The translations under genes and the position numbers were made by a program. The notes below the pieces were generated by a model. It was not told the origin of the DNA, did not search any database, and saw nothing but the letters and a program-made list of their open reading frames with translations. Shown here piece after piece: positions 18,617 to 29,261 of a stretch of DNA of 64,000 nucleotides. The DNA comes from Escherichia phage vB-EcoP-XT32. The stretch lies in sequence record OR757435; one strand, written 5' to 3'. The number at the start of each line of letters is the position of its first letter. Within the stretch, counting starts at the first letter, position 1.

Positions 18617-19399
18617 ATGGCAATTAAAATGGGTATTGAAGAACTAGACCCAATGGTTCAACAGGCTTCAAAGAAGTATGGAATACCAGCTGCTTTGATT
18701 CATGCTGTAATCCAAAGAGAGTCTAGTGGACGTCCTAAAGTGGCCTCTGGAACTGGTCCTGTAGGTTTAATGCAGATCAGTAAAGGGTTGGCTAAAGACT
18801 ATGGATATAAGCTGGAAGATAGACTGGACCCAGCAAAAAATATTGACATGGGTGCTCGTTATATTAGAGATAACTTAAAGGCTTTTAATGGTGATGTTAA
18901 GAAAGCAATGGTTGGTTATTCAGAAGGTATAGGTGGTGCTAAGCAGATGTTCGCTGGTAAAAGAGGGTTTACCCCTCAGGCTCTTGATTCAATGAACAAC
19001 AAACATTTTCTCCCTTTCTATGGTGATGCAGCTTCTCAGATTGCTAACCCTATTGGAGCTTTGCAAGCTGTCCAACCGGTCAACCAGTTTAATCCAGAAA
19101 ATCTAAATAGAGAGAAGGCTGCACAAGCTCCAACTCAGGCAGAGATTTCTGCTTCTAAGACAGGTGCTTTAGGTGGTAATCCGGTAGAGTTTTACTCTGA
19201 TGAAGTACAGGAAGGTGAAGACCAGAAGCCTCAACAGAACTTTGGTAATGCAGTATTAGGAGTAGCTGCTATGCTTGCTGGTAAACCTCCTACTTCTCAA
19301 ACAGTTCAGAGAGTGAGTACACCTCATGCAGCAGGTTCTCAGTACAGTCCACAAACACAAGCAGTGCTTAGACGTTTGGCTAGCATTGGTGTTAAGTAA
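18617..19399 (+). CDS. lytic transglycosylase (SLT domain) virion/internal protein
   Basis: SLT signature ...IQRESSGRPKVASGTGPVGLMQISKGLAKDYGY... Confidence 0.8.
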   Translation: MAIKMGIEELDPMVQQASKKYGIPAALIHAVIQRESSGRPKVASGTGPVGLMQISKGLAKDYGYKLEDRLDPAKNIDMGARYIRDNLKAFNGDVKKAMVGYSEGIGGAKQMFAGKRGFTPQALDSMNNKHFLPFYGDAASQIANPIGALQAVQPVNQFNPENLNREKAAQAPTQAEISASKTGALGGNPVEFYSDEVQEGEDQKPQQNFGNAVLGVAAMLAGKPPTSQTVQRVSTPHAAGSQYSPQTQAVLRRLASIGVK

Positions 19400-19418
19400 T
19401 AGTCATTAAGGAGGACTT

Positions 19419-20471
19419 ATGTCTTTATTTGGAAAATCAGCTTCTAGCAAAACCACAGTGGCTCCTTCCTCTCAGGTTGATGCCCTGCTGAAGCAGATTG
19501 TTGCTAATGCTCAGAATATGCAGAACAACGATCAGGGATTTATTTCCCAACAGCTGGCTGGGTTTAATGGCAACCAACAAGGTGCTCTGAATAACTTAGC
19601 AGCTTCTACAACTCAAAAGCAATTAGCTGATATGTACACACCTCGTACACAGCAAGGTTTGGACCAACTCAACTCTCTTGCTCAACAGTATCAGAATATT
19701 GTCAATGGTGGTGGAGTTACGGCTGAGGGTGTTAATAACTTTAGTAAAGGACTAAACAACTCAGCTCTTGCACAAGCTACTAGCAAAGCAGCTTCTAATG
19801 TCTCTCTTGGCAATGGCTCTGATTCTGGTTCTCTCCGTAGGGCTGCGGCTCAAGGGGCTGCTTTGAATGGTGCTAATACAAACCTGTCTCGTACTATCAG
19901 TGGCAAGAATATGGGTGTAAGTGCTTTGCAACAAGATCAGAACTTCCAGAGAGGGTTACTTGGTGCTCAATCCGGTCTAGCTGGACAGAACCTCAACCTA
20001 GGTGCTCAAGGTGTTCAGGCAACTCAACAGGCCATTCAGAATCAACTCATGGCTGGCAATCTGCAACAGCAACAAGCCCAAGCTCAGGCTGATATTAATT
20101 GGCAGAATGCTATCGGCTCTCAGCAGTATGGATGGAATCAGCTTAACAATCAGCTTAATGTACTAAATAGTGTAAGTCCTATGGCTGGATACACGATTAA
20201 GAATGCTGCTCCGGGGATTAATACTGGACAACAGCTCCTAGGTGCTGGTATCACTGGTTTGGGTATTGCAGGTCGTATGGGAGTTTTCTCTCCTAACCAA
20301 CAGACTCAGAATGCTTGGAGTTCCTATAACAACTCAGGTGGGCAATCTGGAATGGCTGGTCCTATGATTGGAGGTTCTAATCTTTCTCAACAGAAAGGTC
20401 AGTCTAACTGGTTATCCACAACGGGTAATAATATCTTAGGTGGGGTCTTAGGGGCATTCGGAGCAAACTAA
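19419..20471 (+). CDS. internal virion/ejection protein (Q/N/G-rich, low complexity)
   Basis: 350 aa, Q/N/G/A/L-rich, in the internal-protein gene block after the transglycosylase. Confidence 0.45.
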   Translation: MSLFGKSASSKTTVAPSSQVDALLKQIVANAQNMQNNDQGFISQQLAGFNGNQQGALNNLAASTTQKQLADMYTPRTQQGLDQLNSLAQQYQNIVNGGGVTAEGVNNFSKGLNNSALAQATSKAASNVSLGNGSDSGSLRRAAAQGAALNGANTNLSRTISGKNMGVSALQQDQNFQRGLLGAQSGLAGQNLNLGAQGVQATQQAIQNQLMAGNLQQQQAQAQADINWQNAIGSQQYGWNQLNNQLNVLNSVSPMAGYTIKNAAPGINTGQQLLGAGITGLGIAGRMGVFSPNQQTQNAWSSYNNSGGQSGMAGPMIGGSNLSQQKGQSNWLSTTGNNILGGVLGAFGAN

Positions 20472-20483
20472 AGGAGATTTAAT

Positions 20484-21452
20484 ATGGGACTTTTCGGAGG
20501 CGGGGGTAGTAAGACTACTTCTCAAATGATTCGCCCTGAATACATTCAACAGTATATTGACCAGCTTAACCAGCAGATTGGTAATACTAGTTCAGGGGAT
20601 TATGTTTATCGTGACAATGTAGGGTTTAATAACAACCAGACAGAAGCTCTTAACAACTTGGCACAATCTGGTGCTCTAGGGACTCTCTCACAACAATACA
20701 TGGATGCAGCAGGCCAAGGGTTGGGTTATCTAGATAATGCCTATAAAGGCTACCAGAGCCTTTCTGGACAAGGTGGGGTTACTGGAGAACAGATTGGTGC
20801 TCTTGCTGGTCAATTGTATGATGACGATGCTGTGCAAGCAGCTATTACAGCTAATAACGAACAAGTTCAACAGAACCTAGCACGTAATGCTTTGCCTCAG
20901 TTAGCTCAACAGTATGCTGGTCAGCAGGGTTCAGGTGCTCGTATGGCTAAATCTTTCGCTCAAGGCGATGCTCTGAATCAGATGCAAGGACAAGCAACAG
21001 ATATTACCAATAGCGCCTATAACTCAGCTATTAGTCAAGCTGAAAGCATCCTCTCTGGTAATAGGCAGAATCAGGCAGCTGCTCTCTCAGGTCTTTCTAC
21101 TATCGGTTCTAATCTTTCTAACTTAGGCCAGCAAGGTGCTAATTTGTCTCAACAGCAAATGATGAATCAATGGAATGCAGGGTTGCAGCAACAACAGCAA
21201 CAACAGAATGAATATGATAATGCCTACCAGAATGCTCAGAACGCAGCTAACTGGGGATGGCAGGACATTAACAACCAACTAGGTGCAGCAGGTGTACTTA
21301 ACGGTGCTCTCGGACAAACTACAACTACTAAAACATCTGGTGGCAAAGGTGGTTTCCTTGGTGGAGCTATGAGTGGTGCAGCAGCTGGCTCTTCTTTTGG
21401 TCCTTGGGGTGCCTTGGCTGGAGGGGTGATTGGCGGGATGGCTAGTTCTTAA
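20484..21452 (+). CDS. internal virion/ejection protein (Q/N-rich, Gly-rich hydrophobic C-terminus)
   Basis: 322 aa; C-terminal GGFLGGAMSGAAAGSSFGPWGALAGGVIGGMASS membrane-insertion-like segment. Confidence 0.45.
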   Translation: MGLFGGGGSKTTSQMIRPEYIQQYIDQLNQQIGNTSSGDYVYRDNVGFNNNQTEALNNLAQSGALGTLSQQYMDAAGQGLGYLDNAYKGYQSLSGQGGVTGEQIGALAGQLYDDDAVQAAITANNEQVQQNLARNALPQLAQQYAGQQGSGARMAKSFAQGDALNQMQGQATDITNSAYNSAISQAESILSGNRQNQAAALSGLSTIGSNLSNLGQQGANLSQQQMMNQWNAGLQQQQQQQNEYDNAYQNAQNAANWGWQDINNQLGAAGVLNGALGQTTTTKTSGGKGGFLGGAMSGAAAGSSFGPWGALAGGVIGGMASS

Positions 21453-21465
21453 TTAGGAGATAAAT

Positions 21466-23121
21466 ATGCAACAGACAACTTACGCTCAGGTCAGAAGTCG
21501 TGACCCGAGAAATACTTTCTACGGTGTTAATCCGGGAGCGGCTTCGGCCTCTCCTTATATGGCTAGACCTACTCAGACAGCGGATGTTTCTATGTACCAG
21601 CGTCCTGCTGTACCTTCATCTCTCGCAGGTCTTGTCTCTCAGGCAGAAGAAGATCAGAATGCTATGATGAATCCGGGATTCCAGCAACGTCTTATGGAAC
21701 AACAGAATCAAGGAACCCCAACAAGTCTTCAGGGTATTGACATTGGAGCACCAGCCCCTGTAGCAGCTAATCCTAATTTATCTACTGATCAAGGTTTGCA
21801 GGATGCTGGACTTATGCCTAGTGACCCTCTTCCGGTGACACCTCCTGCCAAGCCACTAGAAACTGGTCCTATGGAGTTTACTCCTTCTCAGGTTGAACAA
21901 GCACAAGGTGTTGTTAATACTCTTGCTCAAGGACAAGACACCGGTGACGGAATGGCTGCTGCTACTCGTACTAAAGATCAAGAGCGTGTTAACAATGATA
22001 TCTTGCAAGTTGCAAAAGCTAAAGATCCTTCAGAAGCTTGGAAGAAGTTACAGAAAGAACCTTTCTATCAGAACTCTAGTTTCTATACAGGTTTAATGGG
22101 TGTAGGTCTTTCTATCATGTCAGGTAAATCTCCTATCGAAGCATTCCAGATTGGTCAGGGGATGGCTAATCAAGATGAGACTAAAAAGCAACTGGAAGCT
22201 AACCGTGATGCTCTGATTGAACAAGGTTTCTCTCAAGACTCAATTGCAGCTGCTATAGCTCAGGGTGATCCTTCTCTTCTGAAGATGAAAGCTAAAGACC
22301 CTCTTCAACAGGAAGCTCTGTATGCTGCTCGTGAAGAACGTCAGAATGCTGAATGGGATAGACGTCAACAGATTCAAGAGCAGTCTATGCGTGAACGTGC
22401 TGAGGAAACTCGTCGTGCTGCTGAAAAGAGAACTGACATGAACTTTGAACGTCAGAAAGAGTTGATTGGTTATCGTGATAAAGTTAAGGCTGAACGTGCT
22501 GAACAAGTTGCTCAGAGTTTTAACTTTAACCCGAAAGAAGTTCGTCTTGCTCAGAACACAGCTGAAGGTACAGTTGCTAAGCAGTGGGCAGAGAAAGGTG
22601 GTCTGTTTAACCAGTCCAACAAAGACTTGGATTTGGCTGACAAAGCAGTTAAAGATAAAGACTACCAGACAGCTCGTTCTGCTTACATGCAGGCTATCAT
22701 GAACTCCGCAAGGGCTGAAATCGGTGCTACTCGTTCCCTTACCGAAGAAGACTTGGGACACTTCGCAGAAGACCCATCAATCTTCATTCGTGTTGGCAAC
22801 AAGTTTGCTCTTAAGTCAGGATGGCGTCCTACTGACTCTGCTCTTTCTTATGCCCGTAAGCAGGCTAATGTTGGTCATACATCTGCAATGAAAGGTGTTG
22901 CTGATGCTAAGAGAGCTACTATCGAAGCGTACATTGGTTCAGGTATGGATAAGAAGAGGGCTACTGCATTGGTTAACCGTGCAATTCCTTCTGGTGGTTT
23001 CTATGACCCACTCGGTGTTTTCTCTGAACAGGCAGAAGAGGCAGTTGGTGGTGCAGCAACCAATCCTAAACTAAACGGTGCTTTATCAGCTGTTGAAGAC
23101 ACCAGCTGGTTCGCTCAATAA
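21466..23121 (+). CDS. internal virion/ejection protein (hypothetical)
   Basis: 551 aa; internal hydrophobic segment FYTGLMGVGLSIMSG; charged helical regions. Confidence 0.45.
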   Translation: MQQTTYAQVRSRDPRNTFYGVNPGAASASPYMARPTQTADVSMYQRPAVPSSLAGLVSQAEEDQNAMMNPGFQQRLMEQQNQGTPTSLQGIDIGAPAPVAANPNLSTDQGLQDAGLMPSDPLPVTPPAKPLETGPMEFTPSQVEQAQGVVNTLAQGQDTGDGMAAATRTKDQERVNNDILQVAKAKDPSEAWKKLQKEPFYQNSSFYTGLMGVGLSIMSGKSPIEAFQIGQGMANQDETKKQLEANRDALIEQGFSQDSIAAAIAQGDPSLLKMKAKDPLQQEALYAAREERQNAEWDRRQQIQEQSMRERAEETRRAAEKRTDMNFERQKELIGYRDKVKAERAEQVAQSFNFNPKEVRLAQNTAEGTVAKQWAEKGGLFNQSNKDLDLADKAVKDKDYQTARSAYMQAIMNSARAEIGATRSLTEEDLGHFAEDPSIFIRVGNKFALKSGWRPTDSALSYARKQANVGHTSAMKGVADAKRATIEAYIGSGMDKKRATALVNRAIPSGGFYDPLGVFSEQAEEAVGGAATNPKLNGALSAVEDTSWFAQ

Positions 23122-23141
23122 GACCTAAGTCCTGCCTTCTA

Positions 23142-23151
23142 TAATGTATAT
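23142..23151 (+). promoter_or_regulatory. TAATGTATAT motif (candidate phage-sigma-dependent promoter element)
   Basis: Exact copy 38 nt upstream of ATG 23189; overlaps a TATAAT hexamer. Confidence 0.45.
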
Positions 23152-23188
23152 AGGGGGTAGGACATTTTTATTTATAAAAGGAGACGTT

Positions 23189-26100
23189 ATGGCTAACATT
23201 AAACCGTGGGAAGAAGCTTCCAAAGCTCCTGCGTATCTGAATGCCTCTCCGGAGCGTCAAGCTCAAATGAGAGAACAATATAAGGCAGCAGGTGGCTCTA
23301 TTCCTGAGGAACAACCAGTAGCACAACCACAACAAGAAGAACGTGGTGCTATAGGTGAGTTTGCTCAAGGTGTGTCAAATGCTCTTCAATCTGGTGGTGC
23401 AAACATTGCAGCTAGTGCTGCTAAAGGTATTGGTGGTTTAGTTGAGATTGGTGAGAATCTAGCTGGAGCACAAACTAGTTATGGTAAGCGTATCCAAGAG
23501 AACTCTCAGAACCTTCTGAAAGATCGTATGGATAAGATTGAGGATGGGATTGGTAAAACTGCTGGGCAATATGCTGGCGTTGTTGGTGATATTGGTTTGA
23601 CTGTTGCTAACCCATTAGCTGCCGCTGCTATCATTGCAGGTCGTGAGACAGGTCGTGCATATGCAGACCAAACTCCTGAAGAGGGAGAAGATAAGTCTGT
23701 TCTGGATGCCGCTCTAGTTGGTGGTGCTAACTATGCAGCTCAGAGAATCCTTCCGGGTGCTGTTGGTACAGCTGAGTCTACACTTGGTCGTATTGGTCAG
23801 AACGTTGCTAGTAACGCAGTGGCTGGTGCTAAAGGTGGTGCTCTTGTAGGTGCTGCTGAAGCTCAGAACAAACATGGTGATGACACAACCTTTTCTAATG
23901 TCTTAGAAGGTGCTATTGAAGAAGGCGCTATGGGTGCTGCATTCGGTGGTGCAGTTGGTGGTGTCCATGGTTTGATTAGTCGTCCAGATTCTGCTGTCTT
24001 TAAGAATACTCCAGAGTATGCAAAGACTGACATTGCTGCTGATGATGAATTAATTCGTAGTGCTAAGAACATTGATGAGCTGAAAGAAGCATACTCTAAA
24101 GCTGAAACTGCTAACGCCGCTTCTGCCCTTAACCTTCTGGATGAGAACGGATTCCGTATCACAGATGCTGTTGCTGTAGACTCTCCTGCTGCTCAGCGCA
24201 TCCTTAATACAGACCAAGCTCGTGCCGAGAAAGCTGCTTCTGTTCAGAAAGAACATTCTAACATTCCTGGCCTCAATCCTTTGGCTTCTCCTTCTAAAGT
24301 TCGTGGTAAAGCATTCGCTGATAACGAGCACAACCAGAAGCAAGCTGTTGCTATGAAAGATGCAATGGCTGATTACACAAAGGATAACACTAAAGCTCTT
24401 ACAGATGTTCTGGATAATCTTGATCGTGAGTTAGTGTCTCTCCGAGCTTCTGGTGATTTTCCTGGTAGTCCGATTGACATTAAGAACCGTACACAAGCTG
24501 ACCGTGATTTCATTGATGCTTACAAGACTTTCTACAATGAAGCAAATCGATTCAAAGCTCGTGATGGTGAAGACTTTAATAACTTTGTAGAGAAAGCTGC
24601 TGAACTACAGAAGATGGCTGATAATGTTTCTCCAGAGATGAAGAAAGCTATTGGTGGGTTGAAGAAACTGAAAGGTATGCCTGAAGGTTTTAATCCTATT
24701 CAAGATGCTTACACTCTGAATAATACAGCTAAGTTCATGAGCAACCAAGACCGTGGTTGGACGTCCCTGACTGATGATGGATTCCGTGAGGCTTCTTCTC
24801 CTAGTCTGGTTATGAACACACTCGGTGCTGCTAAGTATGCTCTGAATCGCTTCTCTTCTCAGCGTGCTCGCTCTCAACGTGTTAAGCAACAAGAATCTAA
24901 CAGTGAAGCTATCCGCTCTCTGGCTCGTGGTGATTTGGAAGTTGCTCGTGCTAAGTCTACTGCTGATGAAGCTCGTGCTAAAATGGAAGAAGAACCAGTT
25001 GTTGGTGACATTAAATTTAAGACGCAAAATGACGTAGAAACCGAACCGGTTCGGGAGCCTTCTTCTAGTACTGTGACGGAAGAAAATCTTTCTTCTTCTG
25101 CTCCTCAAGAAACCCCTCTTACAGCTCGTGATTTAGTTGCGCAAAGACGTGCTATCCGTCAGGCTGAACAGCGTCGCGCTGAAGAAGAGGCAGCACAGGC
25201 TCAAGAAGCTCCGGTCGAACAAGCTCCACAGGCTGAACCTCTCCCTGCTCGTAACCCTTTAGAGGAACGTCGTGCAATGGAACAGCAACGTGCTCAAGAA
25301 GAGGCCGCACAGGCTCCAGAACCAACCGTAGAGGAACCAACAGTCAAAGCTGAGCCATTACCTGCCCGTGCTCCTAAAGCTCCTAAGGAAGCTGTACAGG
25401 ACGTTAAACCGGCAAGTGGTGTAGAACGTTTAGCTGCTATGTCTAGTGCTGCTCGTCAGGCTACTAAAGATCGTGCAGAACGCTTTGCTCGTTCTCTGTA
25501 CTCTGAGGCTGCTAAGGCTAAAGCTACTGCTGAAAACTTCTTGGCTTATAAAGGTGGTACTAAGGAATTGATGCGTCGTATTCGTCAGGAAGATAATGCT
25601 ATCAACACTGAACGTCATGAAGAAATGGCTCGTAACCAGTTGTCTTCTCAGCAAGGTATTGCTACTGCTAAGAACAACACTGTACGAACTAATTTTGCTG
25701 AATGGGTTAAGGAACGTGGTCTGCCAGAAGATATTGCTACTAAGGCATTACGTGCTGAAGAGAAAGGTTTAGGTGGGAACGTTACTAACTTGGATAGTCT
25801 GAAACGTCGTGCTGAAAGATTGTATCAGAAGCAGCGTGAGGATGAGTTTGATAGACTGTATCAACAAGCTCTAGAAGAGAACAAAGCTTTTGATAAGAAA
25901 GATGCTCCTAAACTGGTTGACCAGAAGAAAGAGCTTCAGTCTGAGATTGACACTTTGATTGATTCAGAACCTTTACGTCCTGCTCAGAAAGATGCTATGC
26001 GTAAGCTGATGAATGATTATGTAGATGGGAAGTTTAAATCTTCAGAGAAGGCTGGTAGAGAAGAGGCTTTGGAAGTTGGTCAGATGAAGGATGTTTGGGA

Positions 26101-27610
26101 TGGGTTTATTAACACCTATAACAGAGAAGTGAATGCCTTCAACAAAGCTAACAAGAACTCTCAGTATGAAGCTGCTGCTAAGCATTTACAGGCTCGTGAA
26201 GAACGTCTTGCCACTCTGAAAAACAAAGCTCAGGCTCGTTCAGATGCTAAGGCTGCTGTTGAGAATGAACGTAAAACTCTAGAGGCTATTGCAGCTCAGA
26301 AGAGTGAGATTGAGAAGATGATGGAAGGTTTACCTAAACCTGTTCGTGAGGCTCAGGAATCTCGTACATTGAAACAGTTGGCTGCTCACCATGACAAGAA
26401 CTCTCCAGTTCCTCCAGAGAAGTTCCGTAGTTACATTGAACGTATCCACAACGCCGAGTCAGATTACCTTGATCGTCAGCGTCGTTTAACTGATGCAGAG
26501 GAAGATGCTCGTCAGGCCAAGTGGAACAAGATGTATGAGCAAGCGGAAGAGATGAACCGTAAGTTTGATGTGGACAAGAGAGTTAAGCGCAGTGAAGAGC
26601 TTAAAGCGGCCCAAGAGCGTGAGAATGACCTTATGGCAGTACAACGTCAACGTGATGACATTCATCGCCGTCTGGTGCGTACTATGGAAGATAAGGGCAT
26701 ATCTAGAGAGGATGCTGAAGCGTTTGCTGGTTCCTACATGGATAACCGTTATGCACTTCTTGAGAAGCCTATGACTCCAACTGAACATCAGAATGCTCGT
26801 TCTCGTATCGAGGCTGATGTTGAGAAGTTTGCTAAGAAGTACGAATCAATGACTCCTATCGAGAAAGAGATTGTTAAGGTTACTGGAGATACTGAAGGTA
26901 AGATTGATAATTTGGATTCGGATACTAGGAAGGCTATTGAGGAAGCTCAGAAGGTTGACTCTGATATTAAGAAACTGCAAGAGGAAGAGATGGAGATGGA
27001 GAAGATTCGTTCTGCTCTGCCTGACGATGAAAAATCTCAAGCAAATTCTGATATCTTGGAAAGTATTAAGCAGCAGGAAGAAGTCTTTGCTGATAAAGTA
27101 GAGAAAGCTTTCTTGAGTGGGAAGAGCTTGGATGAGTTAGCTAGTGTGGCTGAAGTTTTAGACAGGGTTCATGGTGCAGATAAGGCTGGTAACAACCGTC
27201 GCTTTGTACGTGCATTGCAGACTGCTGCTGAAAACAAGAAGAAGTATGGCGATAATCCGGTAGCTTGGTTTAGTGCTGATGATTATTCTGCTATTGCTAA
27301 ACTTGGTGCTTCTTCCGCAGGTGGTAACAAATCCAGAGCACTGGAGAAGATCTTTGGTTCTACAGCTGAACAGGCTAAGAGTAAGTTGCTTGGCAGGGAT
27401 GATGTAGCGAAGATGAGACGTGTGATTGAAGAGAACCCTGATGTTAAGATTCCTTCTTACAAGACAACGAATCGTACTGAGTACTTGCAGTTCTTGGAGA
27501 AGTTTAATGACGAAGGGAAGCCGAAGATTAAACGTGGCTCATTGTCAGAGAAGCTTGAACGCAGTAAGCGTCAATCGAGACTCCGTGTAAGAGTTCGACC
27601 TAAGGAGTGA
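23189..27610 (+). CDS. large internal virion/ejection protein (about 1470 aa)
   Basis: Start chosen at ATG 23189 (AAAGGAG 7 nt upstream); extensive charged helical/coiled-coil sequence with internal imperfect repeats (EEAAQA...EPLPAR twice); last gene of the plus-strand block. Confidence 0.55.
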   Translation: MANIKPWEEASKAPAYLNASPERQAQMREQYKAAGGSIPEEQPVAQPQQEERGAIGEFAQGVSNALQSGGANIAASAAKGIGGLVEIGENLAGAQTSYGKRIQENSQNLLKDRMDKIEDGIGKTAGQYAGVVGDIGLTVANPLAAAAIIAGRETGRAYADQTPEEGEDKSVLDAALVGGANYAAQRILPGAVGTAESTLGRIGQNVASNAVAGAKGGALVGAAEAQNKHGDDTTFSNVLEGAIEEGAMGAAFGGAVGGVHGLISRPDSAVFKNTPEYAKTDIAADDELIRSAKNIDELKEAYSKAETANAASALNLLDENGFRITDAVAVDSPAAQRILNTDQARAEKAASVQKEHSNIPGLNPLASPSKVRGKAFADNEHNQKQAVAMKDAMADYTKDNTKALTDVLDNLDRELVSLRASGDFPGSPIDIKNRTQADRDFIDAYKTFYNEANRFKARDGEDFNNFVEKAAELQKMADNVSPEMKKAIGGLKKLKGMPEGFNPIQDAYTLNNTAKFMSNQDRGWTSLTDDGFREASSPSLVMNTLGAAKYALNRFSSQRARSQRVKQQESNSEAIRSLARGDLEVARAKSTADEARAKMEEEPVVGDIKFKTQNDVETEPVREPSSSTVTEENLSSSAPQETPLTARDLVAQRRAIRQAEQRRAEEEAAQAQEAPVEQAPQAEPLPARNPLEERRAMEQQRAQEEAAQAPEPTVEEPTVKAEPLPARAPKAPKEAVQDVKPASGVERLAAMSSAARQATKDRAERFARSLYSEAAKAKATAENFLAYKGGTKELMRRIRQEDNAINTERHEEMARNQLSSQQGIATAKNNTVRTNFAEWVKERGLPEDIATKALRAEEKGLGGNVTNLDSLKRRAERLYQKQREDEFDRLYQQALEENKAFDKKDAPKLVDQKKELQSEIDTLIDSEPLRPAQKDAMRKLMNDYVDGKFKSSEKAGREEALEVGQMKDVWDGFINTYNREVNAFNKANKNSQYEAAAKHLQAREERLATLKNKAQARSDAKAAVENERKTLEAIAAQKSEIEKMMEGLPKPVREAQESRTLKQLAAHHDKNSPVPPEKFRSYIERIHNAESDYLDRQRRLTDAEEDARQAKWNKMYEQAEEMNRKFDVDKRVKRSEELKAAQERENDLMAVQRQRDDIHRRLVRTMEDKGISREDAEAFAGSYMDNRYALLEKPMTPTEHQNARSRIEADVEKFAKKYESMTPIEKEIVKVTGDTEGKIDNLDSDTRKAIEEAQKVDSDIKKLQEEEMEMEKIRSALPDDEKSQANSDILESIKQQEEVFADKVEKAFLSGKSLDELASVAEVLDRVHGADKAGNNRRFVRALQTAAENKKKYGDNPVAWFSADDYSAIAKLGASSAGGNKSRALEKIFGSTAEQAKSKLLGRDDVAKMRRVIEENPDVKIPSYKTTNRTEYLQFLEKFNDEGKPKIKRGSLSEKLERSKRQSRLRVRVRPKE

Positions 27611-27620
27611 TAAAAGAAAA

Positions 27621-27646
27621 GCCCTCAAGGAGAAATCCAAGAGGGC
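27621..27646. terminator. hairpin at convergence point of plus and minus transcription blocks (bidirectional terminator candidate)
   Basis: GCCCTC ... GAGGGC stem with long loop, flanked by A-rich 5' side and T-rich 3' side; 10 nt after plus-strand stop and 9 nt before minus-strand stop. Confidence 0.45.
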
Positions 27647-27654
27647 TTTATTAT

Positions 27655-28020
27655 TTAACGTCCCCAATCTTTATTGGTAAACGTTTTCAGTCTGTGACAG
27701 TTCGCACAAAGTGTTTGAAGGTTTTCTTCTCTGTTATCTTTGTGGTTACCATTTATGTGATCTACATCTAATTGGCAAGTGTGTTTAGGGATGAAACCGC
27801 ACATCTCGCACACTTCTTTCTTAAAGTCTACATATGGTGATTTATACCTTCTAGTACGCTCTCTGTGTGCATCCATATTCTCATACTCTCTTTTATTACA
27901 AGGAGAGCACAAGGGTGCAAACTTTCCACCACCCTTTGATTTCTGAGGGTTCTTGTTGCACAAAACACAAAGACCACGAACATTAGATGGCTCTGTTTTT
28001 CTAAACCTCCATGTTCCCAT
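27655..28020 (-). CDS. HNH endonuclease
   Basis: 121 aa; Cys-rich zinc-binding pairs and HNH core CQLDVDHINGNHKDNREENLQTLCANCH. Confidence 0.75.
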   Translation of the reverse strand: MGTWRFRKTEPSNVRGLCVLCNKNPQKSKGGGKFAPLCSPCNKREYENMDAHRERTRRYKSPYVDFKKEVCEMCGFIPKHTCQLDVDHINGNHKDNREENLQTLCANCHRLKTFTNKDWGR

Positions 28021-28460
28021 TAATCCTCCTTGGAAGGGGCTTTATTTATTTCTAGATTTTCTTGTAAGTGATAGTTCCTTCTTTAACAGCTTTATCATAA
28101 GCCGCTTTGAACTTTTTCATCATATCAATTTTGCTCTGTTTTATCTTTTCAAGATCCATCAAATTCATCCTCATACATCCCAATTCTCTTCAGAAATCTG
28201 GATGTTCATCTTCAAAGCATCCTGAGATGCCTCCATAGAACCAATCTGATTTACTGCCAAGGATAACAACTTCTTCATTCATATACCCTCCTAGATTGTG
28301 TTTATAAAATTAGTAAGTTTCTCTTCGCTTTCATCAAAAGCTTTTCCAGCTGCTTCCATCTCCCAAGTCTCGGCATTGTCAATAAAGCTCTGAGCTTCTA
28401 ATAGATCGTGGATTAAGTCGAAGAGTTTATTTTTATCTGCTTGTGTGATCATGTCAGTTC

Positions 28461-28688
28461 CTAGATTAAATCGTAATACTGAATAATGTCAGAGAGTTTG
28501 AACTCTCGAATCTCATCTTTCTCTACATCTATCGCTGTCATAATCCAACAAGGTTTGCCACCGTTATGAAAACGGGAGCTAGCAACGGAGGTTCGGAGTG
28601 GAATAACGGACCGGTCAGCAATCTCGCCTCTCCAATTGCGATAGCGAAAGCGAAGCACTTGTTGCGTAGATTTTTGATCATCACTCAT
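28461..28688 (-). CDS. hypothetical protein
   Basis: Start moved to ATG 28688 (AAGGAA upstream) to limit overlap with HNH gene; 75 aa. Confidence 0.4.
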   Translation of the reverse strand: MSDDQKSTQQVLRFRYRNWRGEIADRSVIPLRTSVASSRFHNGGKPCWIMTAIDVEKDEIREFKLSDIIQYYDLI

Positions 28689-29103
28689 TTCCTTTTTTGA
28701 ATTGTTTTCTTGCATCATTTTCCATCTTAGTTTTTAGTTTATGACAAGGGTCTTTACACAGAACCTGAAAACCTTCTTTCTCACACAGAGCACGAGAGAT
28801 AATTTCATCCCAAGTTGCTTCATGGTCAAGAGGAACGATAGGATTTATATGATCTATAGCCATATCCTTTACAGGGTGATCAGAACCACACATGGCACAC
28901 TTAAAGTGCATTGCCAGTCTGCCTGTTTTTGGATTAATCTTCTGCTCTGTCTTGGCGTCTGCTAGTGCATCGAACATGGGCTTCCACTTTCTAGTCAGAG
29001 AACGAATCCCTGACTTGATGAAAGAATTGTAACGAGCTTCAGTCCACATTCCAGAGCATCTAGTCTTCTCAGACTTCGCCATAATCAGCTTCTTCCCATA
29101 CAC
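28681..29103 (-). CDS. HNH endonuclease
   Basis: CAMCGSDHPVKDMAIDHINPI ... QVLCKDPCH HNH-type motif; true start may be the internal Met at 29082. Confidence 0.7.
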   Translation of the reverse strand: MYGKKLIMAKSEKTRCSGMWTEARYNSFIKSGIRSLTRKWKPMFDALADAKTEQKINPKTGRLAMHFKCAMCGSDHPVKDMAIDHINPIVPLDHEATWDEIISRALCEKEGFQVLCKDPCHKLKTKMENDARKQFKKGNE

Positions 29104-29248
29104 GTTTATCTACTCGATGTGATACTTTTTCACGCTTTTCTTTAATATAGCGATTGCCTAATTCATGACTATATTTAATACGCTGCTCTTTTCGAGATTC
29201 GCGATTGGAGGAGTTTTCATCATATGAACGATAGTCAAATTTACCCAT
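29069..29248 (-). CDS. hypothetical small basic protein
   Basis: Start placed at ATG 29248 with AAGGA upstream (track ORF extends into the upstream gene). Confidence 0.35.
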   Translation of the reverse strand: MGKFDYRSYDENSSNRESRKEQRIKYSHELGNRYIKEKREKVSHRVDKRVWEEADYGEV

Positions 29249-29261
29249 TATAATATCCTTA

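Noticed and set aside
25140-25390. Imperfect 40-aa duplication in the 1488-aa internal protein as a mobile or repeat element
   Set aside because: In-frame low-complexity duplication typical of extended helical virion proteins; not an independent element.
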